DNA of 50,084 nucleotides, taken from positions 1-50,084 of IMG/VR virus record IMGVR_UViG_3300032272_000019; one strand, written 5' to 3'. Positions 18,202 to 28,151 of this stretch are shown here, piece by piece; the first letter of the stretch is position 1; each line of letters opens with the position of its first letter. The stretch comes from a virus (lineage: Duplodnaviria; Caudoviricetes). The position numbers were made by a program, and so were the translations under genes. The notes beneath the pieces are model-generated. The model was not told the DNA's origin. It worked only from the letters and a program-made list of their open reading frames with translations, and made no database searches.

Positions 18202-18389
18202 GCTATACGGAGTCTGATCGCGCCAACCTAAAGCAAGCTCTTTCCAGCGGGGAATTGGAAGTCCAGTACCAGGACAAAAAGGTCCGGTTCCGGTCAATAA
18301 CCGAAATTCAAAAAGCCCTTGCAGTGGTTAGCGCAGAGTTGGACCCAGACACCCAGCCCGTTCGACAAGTTCGCATCACCTCCTGCTGA
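18198..18389 (+). CDS. Head-tail joining protein gpW-like
   Basis: LKQALSSGELEVQYQDKKVRFRSITEI. Confidence 0.85.
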   Translation: MSYTESDRANLKQALSSGELEVQYQDKKVRFRSITEIQKALAVVSAELDPDTQPVRQVRITSC

Positions 18390-18394
18390 TCTTA

Positions 18395-19939
18395 ATGATT
18401 AAGCCGTTTTCGGCCCTTAAAAATTTCACTGGAAGACTGGCTATTGGCGTCGGCACCTTCGGCGTTAAAATGCTGGCCAGCGATTTCCAGAACACTGCCG
18501 CCGGTCGCCACATGCGGTCCATGCTCACCACGGGCAAGGGACCGCTTTCCCTGCTTAAATCCAACCTTTCAAAACTCATTCGGCAAAGTCGCTCTGTTCT
18601 GCGCACGAATATTCATGCCGTCACCACCAAAGAAGCTGTGGTGGCCAACACAATTGGCACCGGCATCCAGCCGCAGTCCGAACATCCGGATGAAGAAGTG
18701 CGGGAAAAACTCGACGATCTGTTTGAAGACTTTTGTGTTGAAGCAGATCCCGAGGGGATGCAGAGCTATTTCGGTTTGCAGACCCTGGCCTGTCATGAAT
18801 TTGTAGAGGCCGGGGGGTGTCTGGCCCGGTGGCGACCTCGAAGGCTTTCCGATAACTTGCGGGTTCCCCTGCAGTTGCAGTTATTGCAGATCGAACATCT
18901 TGACCGCGAGAAGATCTTCACGAAAAACAAGAACCGCATTGTCAACGGCATTGAATATAACCCGCGTGGTCAGCGTGTGGCTTATCACGTTTACCAGAAC
19001 CATCCCGGCGACCCGAACTTTCAGGCACCGATGAATCAGAGTGTGCGCGTCAAAGCCGAGAACATGCTGCATGTGTTCCGACCCGTTTGGGCAGGGCAGA
19101 ATCAGGGCCTGCCGCTTTTAAGCCAGGCTTTGTTCACGCTGGACCAGTTAGAAAAATATGGCACGAACGTCATGCTGAAGCAGAGTCTCTCGAACCTGTT
19201 CATGGCTTTTATAAAGCAGGATCCGGAGAGCAAGAAAAAAAATCCTATTATTCCCAACGCTACAAATAATCAAGACGGCACAGCAGATGCTTCCATGGAA
19301 CCTGCAATCACGCAATATCTGGAGCATGGCGAAGAGGTGACCTTCAGCAATCCGCCCGGTGTCGGTGTAGATCACGACCCTTATGTGCGTTCCCAGCTTG
19401 CGGCTGTTTCGTCCAGCGCCATGATGCTCTATTACCAAATATCCGGCGACCTGCGAAACATCAATTTCTCCTCAGTTCGTGCTGGCATCATCGAGATGAA
19501 ACGCAAGATCGAGGCCGTGCAGCATCACGTTTTTATTTTTCAGTTCTGCCGACCGGTGTGGGAGCGGGTGATCAAAACCGCAGTGATATCCGGCGCTATC
19601 GACCTGCCGGGTTATATAGAGAATCCGAGACCCTTCCATCAGGTTGCCTGGGTGCCACAGGGTCGAGAGTGGGTCGATCCGTTGAAAGACGCACAGGCCA
19701 ACGCTCTGGCCGTGGCTAACCGTTTCACATCGGTGACGCGGGTGGTTCGTGGGCAGGGTATTAATCCCAGAAAACTATTTGCCGAGATCGCACGGGAACA
19801 AAAAAAGTTTAAAGAACTAGACATCACACCCGGCGAAGTGATTGGCAAGCTCGAAGAAATTGCCAGTCAAAGAGAGAACGAAGAAACCGGGCAGGATATC
19901 GAAGAGGAAAAAGAGGAGAAAATTTCCAATGTCGCATGA
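18395..19939 (+). CDS. Portal protein, lambda family
   Basis: PLQLQLL, GIEY...G.RVAYH, NFSS.RAG, WVDPLKD. Confidence 0.95.
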   Translation: MIKPFSALKNFTGRLAIGVGTFGVKMLASDFQNTAAGRHMRSMLTTGKGPLSLLKSNLSKLIRQSRSVLRTNIHAVTTKEAVVANTIGTGIQPQSEHPDEEVREKLDDLFEDFCVEADPEGMQSYFGLQTLACHEFVEAGGCLARWRPRRLSDNLRVPLQLQLLQIEHLDREKIFTKNKNRIVNGIEYNPRGQRVAYHVYQNHPGDPNFQAPMNQSVRVKAENMLHVFRPVWAGQNQGLPLLSQALFTLDQLEKYGTNVMLKQSLSNLFMAFIKQDPESKKKNPIIPNATNNQDGTADASMEPAITQYLEHGEEVTFSNPPGVGVDHDPYVRSQLAAVSSSAMMLYYQISGDLRNINFSSVRAGIIEMKRKIEAVQHHVFIFQFCRPVWERVIKTAVISGAIDLPGYIENPRPFHQVAWVPQGREWVDPLKDAQANALAVANRFTSVTRVVRGQGINPRKLFAEIAREQKKFKELDITPGEVIGKLEEIASQRENEETGQDIEEEKEEKISNVA

Positions 19940-21266
19940 CGCATTTTTAGCCCAGAAACTCTTTAATAAAGAATTGATGATCGACCCGGCAAAGCTGGAG
20001 GTCATCGTTAAAGCATTGGGGCCTAAATACGGGGTGCAGTTTGCCCGTATCGGTGATGTGGAAATCGATCTTTCCGATGCTGAAAAAGACAAGATCAACG
20101 CTCAGTCCGGGAGCTTTGAAACCGTTTCCGAGCCGCTGGAAGAACAGACGACCATCGCAGTACTCCGCATCGGAGGAACACTGGTCAATCGCCGTCACGG
20201 ACTGGATGCCATCAGTGGGTTGACCAGTTACGAAACCATCACCGCCGACTTGAAATCTGCGCTGGCCAACGATGATATTTCCGGGATCATTCTTGATCTC
20301 GATTCGCCGGGTGGTGAAGTCGATGGTGTTTTTGATCTTGCTGATCTGATTTATGAATCCCGGGCCGAGAAACCTATCTGGGCGTTTGCCAATGGCATGG
20401 CGTTATCGGCCGCTTACATGATCGGTTCAGCAGCAGAAAAACTCTTTGTCACTCAGACGGCAGATACCGGCTCGGTCGGTGTCATTGCGATGCACATGGA
20501 TCAGAGCAAGTTCAACGAAAACATCGGGGTCAAGTTCACCGCCATTTTTGCCGGGGCGCATAAAAACGATCTCAGTCCGCATGAAGAACTGGGGAAGGAA
20601 ACCCACGCACGGCTTCAAACTCGCATCGACCAGGTTTATACGATGTTCACCGATCGAGTGGCGCAGAACCGTGGCATGTCCACATCTGCTGTGCGCGGTA
20701 CCGAGGCCGATTTTTATATGGGGAAGGCAGGTGTCGATATCGGTTTTTCCGATGGTGTCAAGACCCGTTCCCAATTGATTGAAGATTTTACCAAACGAAT
20801 TGAAAACAAAACCAGCGGCATCAATGCCGCGCAACCGTCGGCAGCGGCCGACAGCGAACTTAAAACCATGACGGAGGAAACCATGACAGGTAAAGAAAAA
20901 CCAAAAGATAAAGCTACGACCGACACGCCAGAAGAAACGGCAGAGCAGACCAGTAAAGTTGTGAACCTCGACGCCGCCCGCGATGAAGGCGCAGTGGCCG
21001 AACGCGAGAGAACGACAGAAATCATGGGCCTGTGCACCCTGGCGGGTTATCCCAATAAAGCGCAGGATTTTATTGCGTCTGGCGCAAGCGTGAAACAGGT
21101 GCAGGCAAAACTCACTGAGCTGAAAGCACAGGATGATACTGAGGAGATCAATGGCACACAGTCCGACTCCATGCAGCAGGGTACTAATGAAAAACCTGTC
21201 GGGAGCGGGATTATCGGCGCCTGTGAAAAACTGGCGGAGCAGACGCTGAAGAATACCGGTCGGTAG
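19929..21266 (+). CDS. S49 head maturation protease/scaffold (gpC-like)
   Basis: LDLDSPGGEV, ALSAAYMIGSAA, GSVGV, AGAHK.D. Confidence 0.92.
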   Translation: MSHDAFLAQKLFNKELMIDPAKLEVIVKALGPKYGVQFARIGDVEIDLSDAEKDKINAQSGSFETVSEPLEEQTTIAVLRIGGTLVNRRHGLDAISGLTSYETITADLKSALANDDISGIILDLDSPGGEVDGVFDLADLIYESRAEKPIWAFANGMALSAAYMIGSAAEKLFVTQTADTGSVGVIAMHMDQSKFNENIGVKFTAIFAGAHKNDLSPHEELGKETHARLQTRIDQVYTMFTDRVAQNRGMSTSAVRGTEADFYMGKAGVDIGFSDGVKTRSQLIEDFTKRIENKTSGINAAQPSAAADSELKTMTEETMTGKEKPKDKATTDTPEETAEQTSKVVNLDAARDEGAVAERERTTEIMGLCTLAGYPNKAQDFIASGASVKQVQAKLTELKAQDDTEEINGTQSDSMQQGTNEKPVGSGIIGACEKLAEQTLKNTGR

Positions 21267-21293
21267 GGGTTAAGCCACCCCGCCGCTTTGCAG

Positions 21294-21418
21294 AAGCGAG
21301 ATTCTTCTACCCCTTCGGGGCACGAATACTTTGGATGGGGATACCACGACCGTTCAGAATGACAAGAAGAGCCATTTTGTCATCCTCGAGGAGCCAACGG
21401 CGACGAAGGATCTCGGGG
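21294..21418. repeat. Paired family C element, filled by micro-insert
   Basis: Direct repeat of 26182-26267 apart from the insert. Confidence 0.88.
21308..21348 (-). mobile_element. Type-1 micro-element, copy 3 (41 bp)
   Basis: Absent from the otherwise matching 26182-26267 copy. Confidence 0.82.
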
Positions 21419-21467
21419 TAAAAGTTTTAAAAAATTAAATCAAACATCCTCAACAGGAGATAGAAAT

Positions 21468-22472
21468 ATGAGTGAAGCTATTGCCAAACCAAGATTGAGT
21501 GATTTTCTTCAAACAGAAATGCAATCCATGCAGAGCCGCAAAGAGGTGATCCTGCTGGCTGGATCTGGTTCTGACAGGATTCTTGATGTCGGTACTGTGA
21601 TGGGTATGCGCACAAAAGGCGCTTTGAGCAATGCCGCCGATGGCGGTAACACCGGTGACGGTGTTGTGAGTGCTGATTCTCTCGGACCTAAAGCCAAAGT
21701 CGGGGATTATGTCGCGGTCTGTATCGCCGCATCCGCCAACGCCGGGACATTTGAATTGTCCGATCCAGATGGCAATGTCATCGGTCGGGCCACCGTCGCT
21801 GTGGCGTTCGCGCACTCGCAGATCAATTTCACCATCGGTGATGGTGCTACCGACTGGGCAGTGGGGGATAAAATTACTTTCACCGTTGCCGCTGGGGATA
21901 ACAAGCTGGTGTCCCTTGCACCACCTGTTTCTGCAACCGGGTCCTTGCAGTTGGATGCTGTGCCGACCGCCACCAAGGTGATCGTTGTCAACGGCAAGTC
22001 TCTGGCCTTTGTTGCAGCCACACCGGGAACTGATGAAATCCTCATCGGTGATGACGTGAGCGATAGCATGGACAACATCGTTGCGGCGTTGAACGCGCAT
22101 GTCGATACCGGCATCGATGATGCCACCTACAGCCGCGATGATTACAATAAAATCATCATCACACATGACACCCCAGGCACCGGCGGTAACGCCTTCACCC
22201 TCACTACAGATGACACGAACATTGTGCGCAGCGGTGCAACTCTAGCTGGTGGTGCAGCCACGGCTGTTGATGGTTCGCAGGATTTCTACGGCATTCTCGG
22301 CGACAACGTCACGGTACCAGATGGCACGGATAAAAAGTCCTGGGCCATTCTAAGAAATGCGGTGGTTGGTAAATCAGGACTCATCTGGACGACCGGTGTT
22401 TTGCAAGCGCAGAAAGATGCTGCGCTGGCAGATATGGAGAAACAGGGAGTGCTCGCCCGTACGCAGGTTTAA
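21468..22472 (+). CDS. Head decoration protein (gpD-like) with inserted domains
   Basis: SRKEV...GTVMG N-terminus; DGSQ...GIL...QGVLAR C-terminus; between protease and capsid. Confidence 0.8.
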   Translation: MSEAIAKPRLSDFLQTEMQSMQSRKEVILLAGSGSDRILDVGTVMGMRTKGALSNAADGGNTGDGVVSADSLGPKAKVGDYVAVCIAASANAGTFELSDPDGNVIGRATVAVAFAHSQINFTIGDGATDWAVGDKITFTVAAGDNKLVSLAPPVSATGSLQLDAVPTATKVIVVNGKSLAFVAATPGTDEILIGDDVSDSMDNIVAALNAHVDTGIDDATYSRDDYNKIIITHDTPGTGGNAFTLTTDDTNIVRSGATLAGGAATAVDGSQDFYGILGDNVTVPDGTDKKSWAILRNAVVGKSGLIWTTGVLQAQKDAALADMEKQGVLARTQV

Positions 22473-22530
22473 ACCGGGATTGAACGAAGTTTAAATTCAA
22501 CATTAACTTTTAATTTAAGGAATAAAAATC

Positions 22531-23547
22531 ATGTTCCCAGACATATTTAATCCAAACGAACCCGCGTTCACGATGACGGAGCTGACCCTGGCCATCGAAA
22601 AATTTCCCAACCTTTATGGTCGGGTTGAAAAGATGAACCTGATGCCCGATGACGGGGTGACCACGACCACCGTGCTCGTGGAAGAGAAGGAGCATACATT
22701 AGCCCTTTTGCCGACTGCCGAACGCGGTACACCCGGGACAAAAGGAAAGACCGGAACGCGAAAGGTGATCAGTTTTCCAATCCCTCACATTCCGCATGAA
22801 GACACGGTCAAGCCTGAAGATGTGCAGGGCATTCGCGGTTTCGGAGAGGAGACCGGCGCAGAAACTGTAAACCAGAAGATTGCTGAAAAACTTCAAAATA
22901 TACACAACAACCAGGCTATCACGCTGGAGTACATGCGGATGGGTGCGTTAAGAGGTAAGGTCCTCAATGCTCAGGGTGAAGTTGTGGTGGATTTCTATAA
23001 AGAGTTTAAAAAGCAGAAAAAAGTCATCAACTTCAAACTCAACGTTGCAACCACAAATGTCAAATCCCTGGCCCTGGAATTAAAAACCCATATCGAACTC
23101 AACCTTATGGGTGAGATCTATGGCTACATTCACGTTTTATGTTCTCCTGAATTTTTCAGGGCGCTTATTGAACACGCAAAAGTCGAGACTGCTTTCGATA
23201 GGCAGAGTGAGGGGAGATTTCACCGTGAAGATCAGCGAGCCGGTTTTGAATTTCCCACAGGCGTCGTCTGGGAAGAGTACAACGGCCAGGCCTCAGATCC
23301 AGATGGAAAATTAAAACGATTTATTCCTGAAGGTGAAGCCATCGCTTTTCCTGTAGGCACGATGAAAACTTTTAAAACCTACTTCGCGCCTGCAAGCATG
23401 ATCGATACCGTGAATACGAGAGGACGGAGGATCTATGTCAGCCCGAAATGGCTGGATCATGGTGAAGGTGTGGAGTTTAAAAGTCAGTCGAATCCACTGC
23501 CATTCTGCGCACGGCCAGAAGTTCTCGTAAGCCTAAAATCGCAATAA
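22531..23547 (+). CDS. Major capsid protein (lambda gpE family)
   Basis: FTMTELTLAI, IPHIPHED.V.PEDVQGIR, TLEY.RMGAL.G, QSNPLP.C.RP. Confidence 0.95.
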   Translation: MFPDIFNPNEPAFTMTELTLAIEKFPNLYGRVEKMNLMPDDGVTTTTVLVEEKEHTLALLPTAERGTPGTKGKTGTRKVISFPIPHIPHEDTVKPEDVQGIRGFGEETGAETVNQKIAEKLQNIHNNQAITLEYMRMGALRGKVLNAQGEVVVDFYKEFKKQKKVINFKLNVATTNVKSLALELKTHIELNLMGEIYGYIHVLCSPEFFRALIEHAKVETAFDRQSEGRFHREDQRAGFEFPTGVVWEEYNGQASDPDGKLKRFIPEGEAIAFPVGTMKTFKTYFAPASMIDTVNTRGRRIYVSPKWLDHGEGVEFKSQSNPLPFCARPEVLVSLKSQ

Positions 23548-23550
23548 GTC

Positions 23551-23862
23551 ATGTCTTTCGCGCAAAAGGCCGTTGATGCCGCGTTTCGAATGTTTGGTGT
23601 TGACGGCCAGTATGTCCAGCAGGGGGTCGGGACTCCGGTCCCGGTTCGTCTTTTGGAAAAACGCGGCGATGGGGTGATTGAGTGGAGTGGAAGCAATCAC
23701 AACACTGAAACCCATGTCGCCGAAGTCCGGGTCAGTGAGGTTGAGAAGGTGAAAAAGAATGATGAGTTTGTCATCGACGCAGAGACCTTCAAGGTCATCA
23801 ATGATCCGAAACGCGACTCAGACCGTCTGGTCTGGGTCGGGATTGAATTGAATAAGAAATAA
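23551..23862 (+). CDS. Head-tail joining protein (gpFII-like)
   Basis: EVRVSEV, P.RD..RLVW; synteny. Confidence 0.75.
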   Translation: MSFAQKAVDAAFRMFGVDGQYVQQGVGTPVPVRLLEKRGDGVIEWSGSNHNTETHVAEVRVSEVEKVKKNDEFVIDAETFKVINDPKRDSDRLVWVGIELNKK

Positions 23863-23863
23863 A

Positions 23864-24481
23864 ATGAAAGCCATCTACATAAACGGAATCAACACCACAC
23901 ATGAGGAAGCTGAGGCCCAGGCCGCAGTTCTGAATCAGATGCTCGATTGCAAAGTCGTGCTTTGCTATAACCCGACGTTTTCAGAGAAAGTCAAATATGT
24001 CGGCGTGGTGGTGGACCTGCTCGAGTCTGCCTATAACCGTTTTCTTCCATGGGCTCCGAACTTACCGGTGACGCGCAAGCTGCTGGCGATGATTAACAGC
24101 GAAGTCAAAGAGCAGCGGGATACGGTCATCATCGCTCATTCGCAGGGCACGGCCATCGCGGCCAAAGCCATGGACAGCCTGGAAAAAGTTTATCGAACTT
24201 ATGTGCAGGCGCATTTCTTCGCCAACGTCAACAGCTTTGAGCCTCAAGGTTTTTGGGGCGAATTGTTTGTCAATGATGATGACCCGGTGCGTGACGGCAT
24301 GGTGGTCAGTAATCGGGTGATCCGTCTTTGCAATTGGCTGCGGAAACCTGAACGCAAATGGAAGCAATACACCCGCACCGGAAATGTCCATGGATTTATC
24401 TCCGGGCATTTGAACCGACTGAGCGAGTTCACGGGATTCAGTGAAAGCCATTTTTATCACTTGATGAAAAAACAATATTAA
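23864..24481 (+). CDS. Alpha/beta-hydrolase-like protein
   Basis: YINGI.T, IIAHSQG nucleophile elbow, N..DPV, H. Confidence 0.7.
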   Translation: MKAIYINGINTTHEEAEAQAAVLNQMLDCKVVLCYNPTFSEKVKYVGVVVDLLESAYNRFLPWAPNLPVTRKLLAMINSEVKEQRDTVIIAHSQGTAIAAKAMDSLEKVYRTYVQAHFFANVNSFEPQGFWGELFVNDDDPVRDGMVVSNRVIRLCNWLRKPERKWKQYTRTGNVHGFISGHLNRLSEFTGFSESHFYHLMKKQY

Positions 24482-24509
24482 CCACAGATAAACACGGATG
24501 AACAGAGAT
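24480..24509. repeat. Family A half-element (3 decamers)
   Basis: Spans stop of upstream gene and ATG of downstream gene. Confidence 0.8.
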
Positions 24510-24825
24510 GGGTGAAAAAAGAAACTGCAACGCAAAGGTTGTCACGGACATTTGGCCTAAAGATGCAGAGGCTGTTGTTCCGGGGCATATCCAGTTCAAC
24601 GAAACAAAAAACGGATTGCAGGTTTTATTCGGGTGCCCTTGCGGATGCGGCGATATGCGTTGCGTTGATATTTACCAGAACGGAGAAAAACCACCATCGC
24701 CTTCATGGCTTTGGGACGGCAATAAAGAGAATCCAACTCTTTCGCCTTCGTTGCTTTTATACAAAGACAATCATCAAGAGCATTGGCATGGGTATCTAAG
24801 AAACGGAGTGTTTGAGGAATGCTGA
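24508..24825 (+). CDS. DUF6527-like protein
   Basis: FGCPCGCG, W.WDGN.E.PTLSPS, HWHGYLRNG. Confidence 0.7.
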   Translation: MGEKRNCNAKVVTDIWPKDAEAVVPGHIQFNETKNGLQVLFGCPCGCGDMRCVDIYQNGEKPPSPSWLWDGNKENPTLSPSLLLYKDNHQEHWHGYLRNGVFEEC

Positions 24826-24845
24826 ATACGGATGGCCGTGTGCCA

Positions 24846-25004
24846 ATGAAAATCAAGATCACCACACTGATCTTATTTGTTTTTATTCAAGGTTGCGCGG
24901 CTATCCCCATTGGAATGATGGCGGCGGGCGCGGCCTGCAATTACTACCCTGAATGTGCGGCGGCAAAGGTAGTCGTGAAACAAGTTAAAAACAGGAGGCC
25001 ATGA
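24846..25004 (+). CDS. Small lipoprotein
   Basis: MKIK-hydrophobic-IQGC lipobox. Confidence 0.55.
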   Translation: MKIKITTLILFVFIQGCAAIPIGMMAAGAACNYYPECAAAKVVVKQVKNRRP

Positions 25005-25450
25005 TGTGGCAATTTGAATGGTTTAAAGACATGGAAGAACCCAGCATCTCCGATCTTGCTTTTAAGTGGTTGGTCATCCTCATTATTATTTTGTTCTTCG
25101 GCGCGGTCGGCTGGCTTGCTGCCGAGGCCAGTCCGTTCCCGGACGGGGAAAATTTAAAATCAGGGTTTCAAGAGCCATCGCTGGACCGTCTGCAAAATTG
25201 GGAGCCGACCCGTGACCGTAACGTCATTCTTAAATTTCGGGGGCGTTCGTTCAAGCACGAGATCCTTTCCGTGCCCACGCCTGTGCCTCAATGCGGGGGT
25301 GTTCAGGTCAAAGGGCGGGAACTGTGGCTGCTGACTCAGGAGCTCAATCCAGTTCTTTATATCATCGCCAAAGAACCGAACGCCTGGCAGAAACCGGGGG
25401 AAGTGGACTGGACAGGGCTTACTGAAAAAACTTTTTTCCCAATAGATTAG
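25001..25450 (+). CDS. Membrane-anchored hypothetical protein
   Basis: WLVILIIILFFGAVGWLAA hydrophobic segment. Confidence 0.6.
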   Translation: MMWQFEWFKDMEEPSISDLAFKWLVILIIILFFGAVGWLAAEASPFPDGENLKSGFQEPSLDRLQNWEPTRDRNVILKFRGRSFKHEILSVPTPVPQCGGVQVKGRELWLLTQELNPVLYIIAKEPNAWQKPGEVDWTGLTEKTFFPID

Positions 25451-25478
25451 ATATTTTTAACACAGCGCCAAAGGCACT

Positions 25479-26177
25479 TTGATGATTATCACCGGAAACA
25501 TTCAGGGAAGTTTCAGCCGGATCATGAATGCCGAGCTGGTTGCGGCTCGTAAGGGCGTGACCGTTGGTATCAGGAAAGCCACTGAAGGGCTCAAGCTCGA
25601 CTGGCGTCGTGTTGTTATCGCGGTCGGTCTTGGACGCCGTCTGGGGAATACCATCCGAGGACAGGTCTACCCACGCGGGAAAAACAGCACCGGTGCGGCC
25701 GGTCTTGTTTTCACCAAGGCGCCGAAACTGATCGGACTGTTTTCTCAAGGTGAAACGATTAGAGCCCGCAGCAAAAAGTATTTGGCGATTCCGACCGATG
25801 AAGCGCCGAACAAACCGGGCAGTCGGCGCAGCAGTACTCGGAAAATTTCTCCGAGTGAATGGCCGGAAAGCCTGGGTGAACTGCGACCGGTAAAAGTTCC
25901 GGGTAAACCGTTGATGCTGGTGGCCGACCTCAAAGCCAATAGAGCAGGGTCCCGTGCGCGGGGGTTGACTGCAAACCAGCAGGCCCGTGAAGCCAAAGGT
26001 CGAACCGTTAAAGGCAAGGTTTCAGTCGTTATGTATTTTCTGGTACCGCAGTCGCGGATCAATAAAAAATTTGATTTCGATCGTCTCACCCGTAAATGGC
26101 AGAACCAGGTACCGCAATTGATTGTGGCGAACTGGCCGGACGCGAAAGTCGGCAGCGGCCGAGGGCGGGCATCGTGA
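25479..26177 (+). CDS. DUF6441-like tail completion protein
   Basis: GLK.DWR..V...GLG.RLGNTIR..VYP, YLAIPT, FLVPQ. Confidence 0.75.
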   Translation: MMIITGNIQGSFSRIMNAELVAARKGVTVGIRKATEGLKLDWRRVVIAVGLGRRLGNTIRGQVYPRGKNSTGAAGLVFTKAPKLIGLFSQGETIRARSKKYLAIPTDEAPNKPGSRRSSTRKISPSEWPESLGELRPVKVPGKPLMLVADLKANRAGSRARGLTANQQAREAKGRTVKGKVSVVMYFLVPQSRINKKFDFDRLTRKWQNQVPQLIVANWPDAKVGSGRGRAS

Positions 26178-26181
26178 TGAA

Positions 26182-26267
26182 AAGCGAGATTCTTCACTGC
26201 GTTCAGAATGACAAGAAGTGCCGTTTTGTCATCCTCGAGGAGCCAACGGGGACGAAGGATATCGGGT
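26182..26267. repeat. Paired family C element (empty site)
   Basis: GAGATTCTTCACTGCGTTCAGAATGAC...GTCATCCTCGAGGAGCC..GACGAAGGAT. Confidence 0.88.
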
Positions 26268-26295
26268 CTCTTCGTGGAAAAGGAAGCCAAAGATT

Positions 26296-26739
26296 ATGAG
26301 TAAACGCGAACAAGTACTTTCCGCACTTGAAACTTTGATCAAGGCCATTGCCGACGGTGATCCTGATATCGGTTTTGAACGCAACCCGGTCAAGGAAGGC
26401 GATGTGCCAAACAAAGGATTGATCGAGATGTTCGATGGCGAGGCCGGTGATCCGGAAATTATTCTCAGTCCACCCCATTACACCTACGACCATGGGGTGC
26501 AGTTCCATCTCGTGTTTGCAGGGTCCGACCATGATGCGCGGATGGCAGGCATTGAGACGTTGATTGACTTGTTCCGCATACAGGTGGAGTCAGATCCAGA
26601 TCTCGGGGGTTTGCTTGAAGAAGAGCTCGAACCGGAAATGCCTGAAGTGGAGCACCCAGAAATCACAGGCGGGGTCACTGACTCGATTGCGGTCTTTAAA
26701 TTATTTTGCATGTATTCCACTGACAACCCACTTAAATAA
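26296..26739 (+). CDS. Tail terminator-like protein
   Basis: MSKREQVL.AL, ERN, DG..G.PE..LSP..Y.Y.H, Y.T.NPL. Confidence 0.75.
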   Translation: MSKREQVLSALETLIKAIADGDPDIGFERNPVKEGDVPNKGLIEMFDGEAGDPEIILSPPHYTYDHGVQFHLVFAGSDHDARMAGIETLIDLFRIQVESDPDLGGLLEEELEPEMPEVEHPEITGGVTDSIAVFKLFCMYSTDNPLK

Positions 26740-26753
26740 AGAGGAGTCCCACC

Positions 26754-28037
26754 ATGGGCACCACTGCTACAGGAAAAAAAGTACAGGTACTTTGGAAAAA
26801 AGAAGCGGTTTATGGAGAGCAGGAAACCGGAAACTTCCGGTTGATGCCGATTTTTACTGCCGACCCTGGCATCGAACAACCTTTGGAACAGGACAACATC
26901 CTTTCCGCTGGCACGGGCCGCGACCCTTCTGATCCGGATCTCGGCGTCAAGGATGGAAAGGGCACACTCTCAGTTCCTGCGGACGTTCGTTATTTCGGGC
27001 ATTGGCTACAACAGTTGATGGGCGATGCGGTGACCTTAGATGCAAAGTCGAACGGAACCATTAAGTTCTCACGCAATCCGGTGGATGCAGACACCATCAC
27101 CATCAATGGTGTGGTTTTCAATCTCAAGGATACCCCGGTAGGAACGGACATCCAGATCGGTGCCGATCTCAAAGCCACGCTGGATAATATTGTCAACGCG
27201 CTGAATGCCAGTGTCGATGTCGATGTTGATGACGCGACCTATTCCGAAAACGGCCTTGACAAACTGGTGGTCGAGCACGATGTCGTTGGATCCGGGGGTG
27301 ACACGTTCACCCTTGCTGCATCGGCAGCTACGGTCAGTGGTGCGACCTTGTCCGGCGGTACCAGTAAAAGCCATGTGTTCAGCAGTGGCGGTGAAGACCT
27401 ACCCAGTTCTAATATTGAAATGGGGCATTCTAAAGTTTCCCGTTACAACCTCAACACCGGTGTCCAGGTCAACTCGGCAGCTTTGGAAATCACTCGCGGC
27501 GGATCACTCAAGGCAACCCTTGAGTTAATCCTTCAGGATGAAATCAAAAACACATCCACTCAGGGCGGAACACCGCAGACCTATACGCTGACAAAATTTT
27601 CCAATAGTAAAGCGCAGTTGATGATCGATGACGAAGTTGCAGGGAACATCACTTCTGGTCGATTCACATTCGGAAACCAGTTGGAGATTGAAGATCAAGT
27701 GGGGCGAGAAGATGGTTTGATAAATGGAACCAATGAAGGCGAAACTCTGATCAACGGCAACATGACTGCCCGAGTTGCCAACAACACTAAATATCTGCTG
27801 GACAAATCGGACACGACACCGCCAACGCCGGTGAAGCTGGGATTCAAATGGGAGAACAATCCAGGTGAAAAAATGGTCTGGACGTTCCCGCGTGTGTTCG
27901 TTCCGAGGCGGAAAGAATCCGTTTCCGGTCCTGGTGGCATTGTGGTCGATTTCGCGTTTCAGGGTAGTTACGACTCGGTCAACGCAGCTCCTGCTGCCAC
28001 GGTCCAGCTTATTAATGATGTGGCGGCTTATAACTAA
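26754..28037 (+). CDS. Major tail tube protein with inserted domain
   Basis: E..YG, GTGRDP, FG.WL..L.G, V.GPGGI...F.FQ, L.NDVA.Y. Confidence 0.85.
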   Translation: MGTTATGKKVQVLWKKEAVYGEQETGNFRLMPIFTADPGIEQPLEQDNILSAGTGRDPSDPDLGVKDGKGTLSVPADVRYFGHWLQQLMGDAVTLDAKSNGTIKFSRNPVDADTITINGVVFNLKDTPVGTDIQIGADLKATLDNIVNALNASVDVDVDDATYSENGLDKLVVEHDVVGSGGDTFTLAASAATVSGATLSGGTSKSHVFSSGGEDLPSSNIEMGHSKVSRYNLNTGVQVNSAALEITRGGSLKATLELILQDEIKNTSTQGGTPQTYTLTKFSNSKAQLMIDDEVAGNITSGRFTFGNQLEIEDQVGREDGLINGTNEGETLINGNMTARVANNTKYLLDKSDTTPPTPVKLGFKWENNPGEKMVWTFPRVFVPRRKESVSGPGGIVVDFAFQGSYDSVNAAPAATVQLINDVAAYN

Positions 28038-28038
28038 A

Positions 28039-28128
28039 AACCAAATCCCCCTAACCCCCTTCGAGGAAGGGGGGATTTACAAACCAGCACCTGGATCGCC
28101 ACACGACCTTCGGTCGTTCGCGACGACG
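28039..28128. repeat. Family B hairpin (empty site) plus family C unit; likely terminator/processing site
   Basis: AATCCCCCTAACCCCCTTCGAGGAAGGGGGGATT; CTGGATCGCCACACGACCTTCGGTCGTTCGCGACGACG. Confidence 0.8.
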
Positions 28129-28151
28129 AAATATTTAACAAAGGAAAAACC

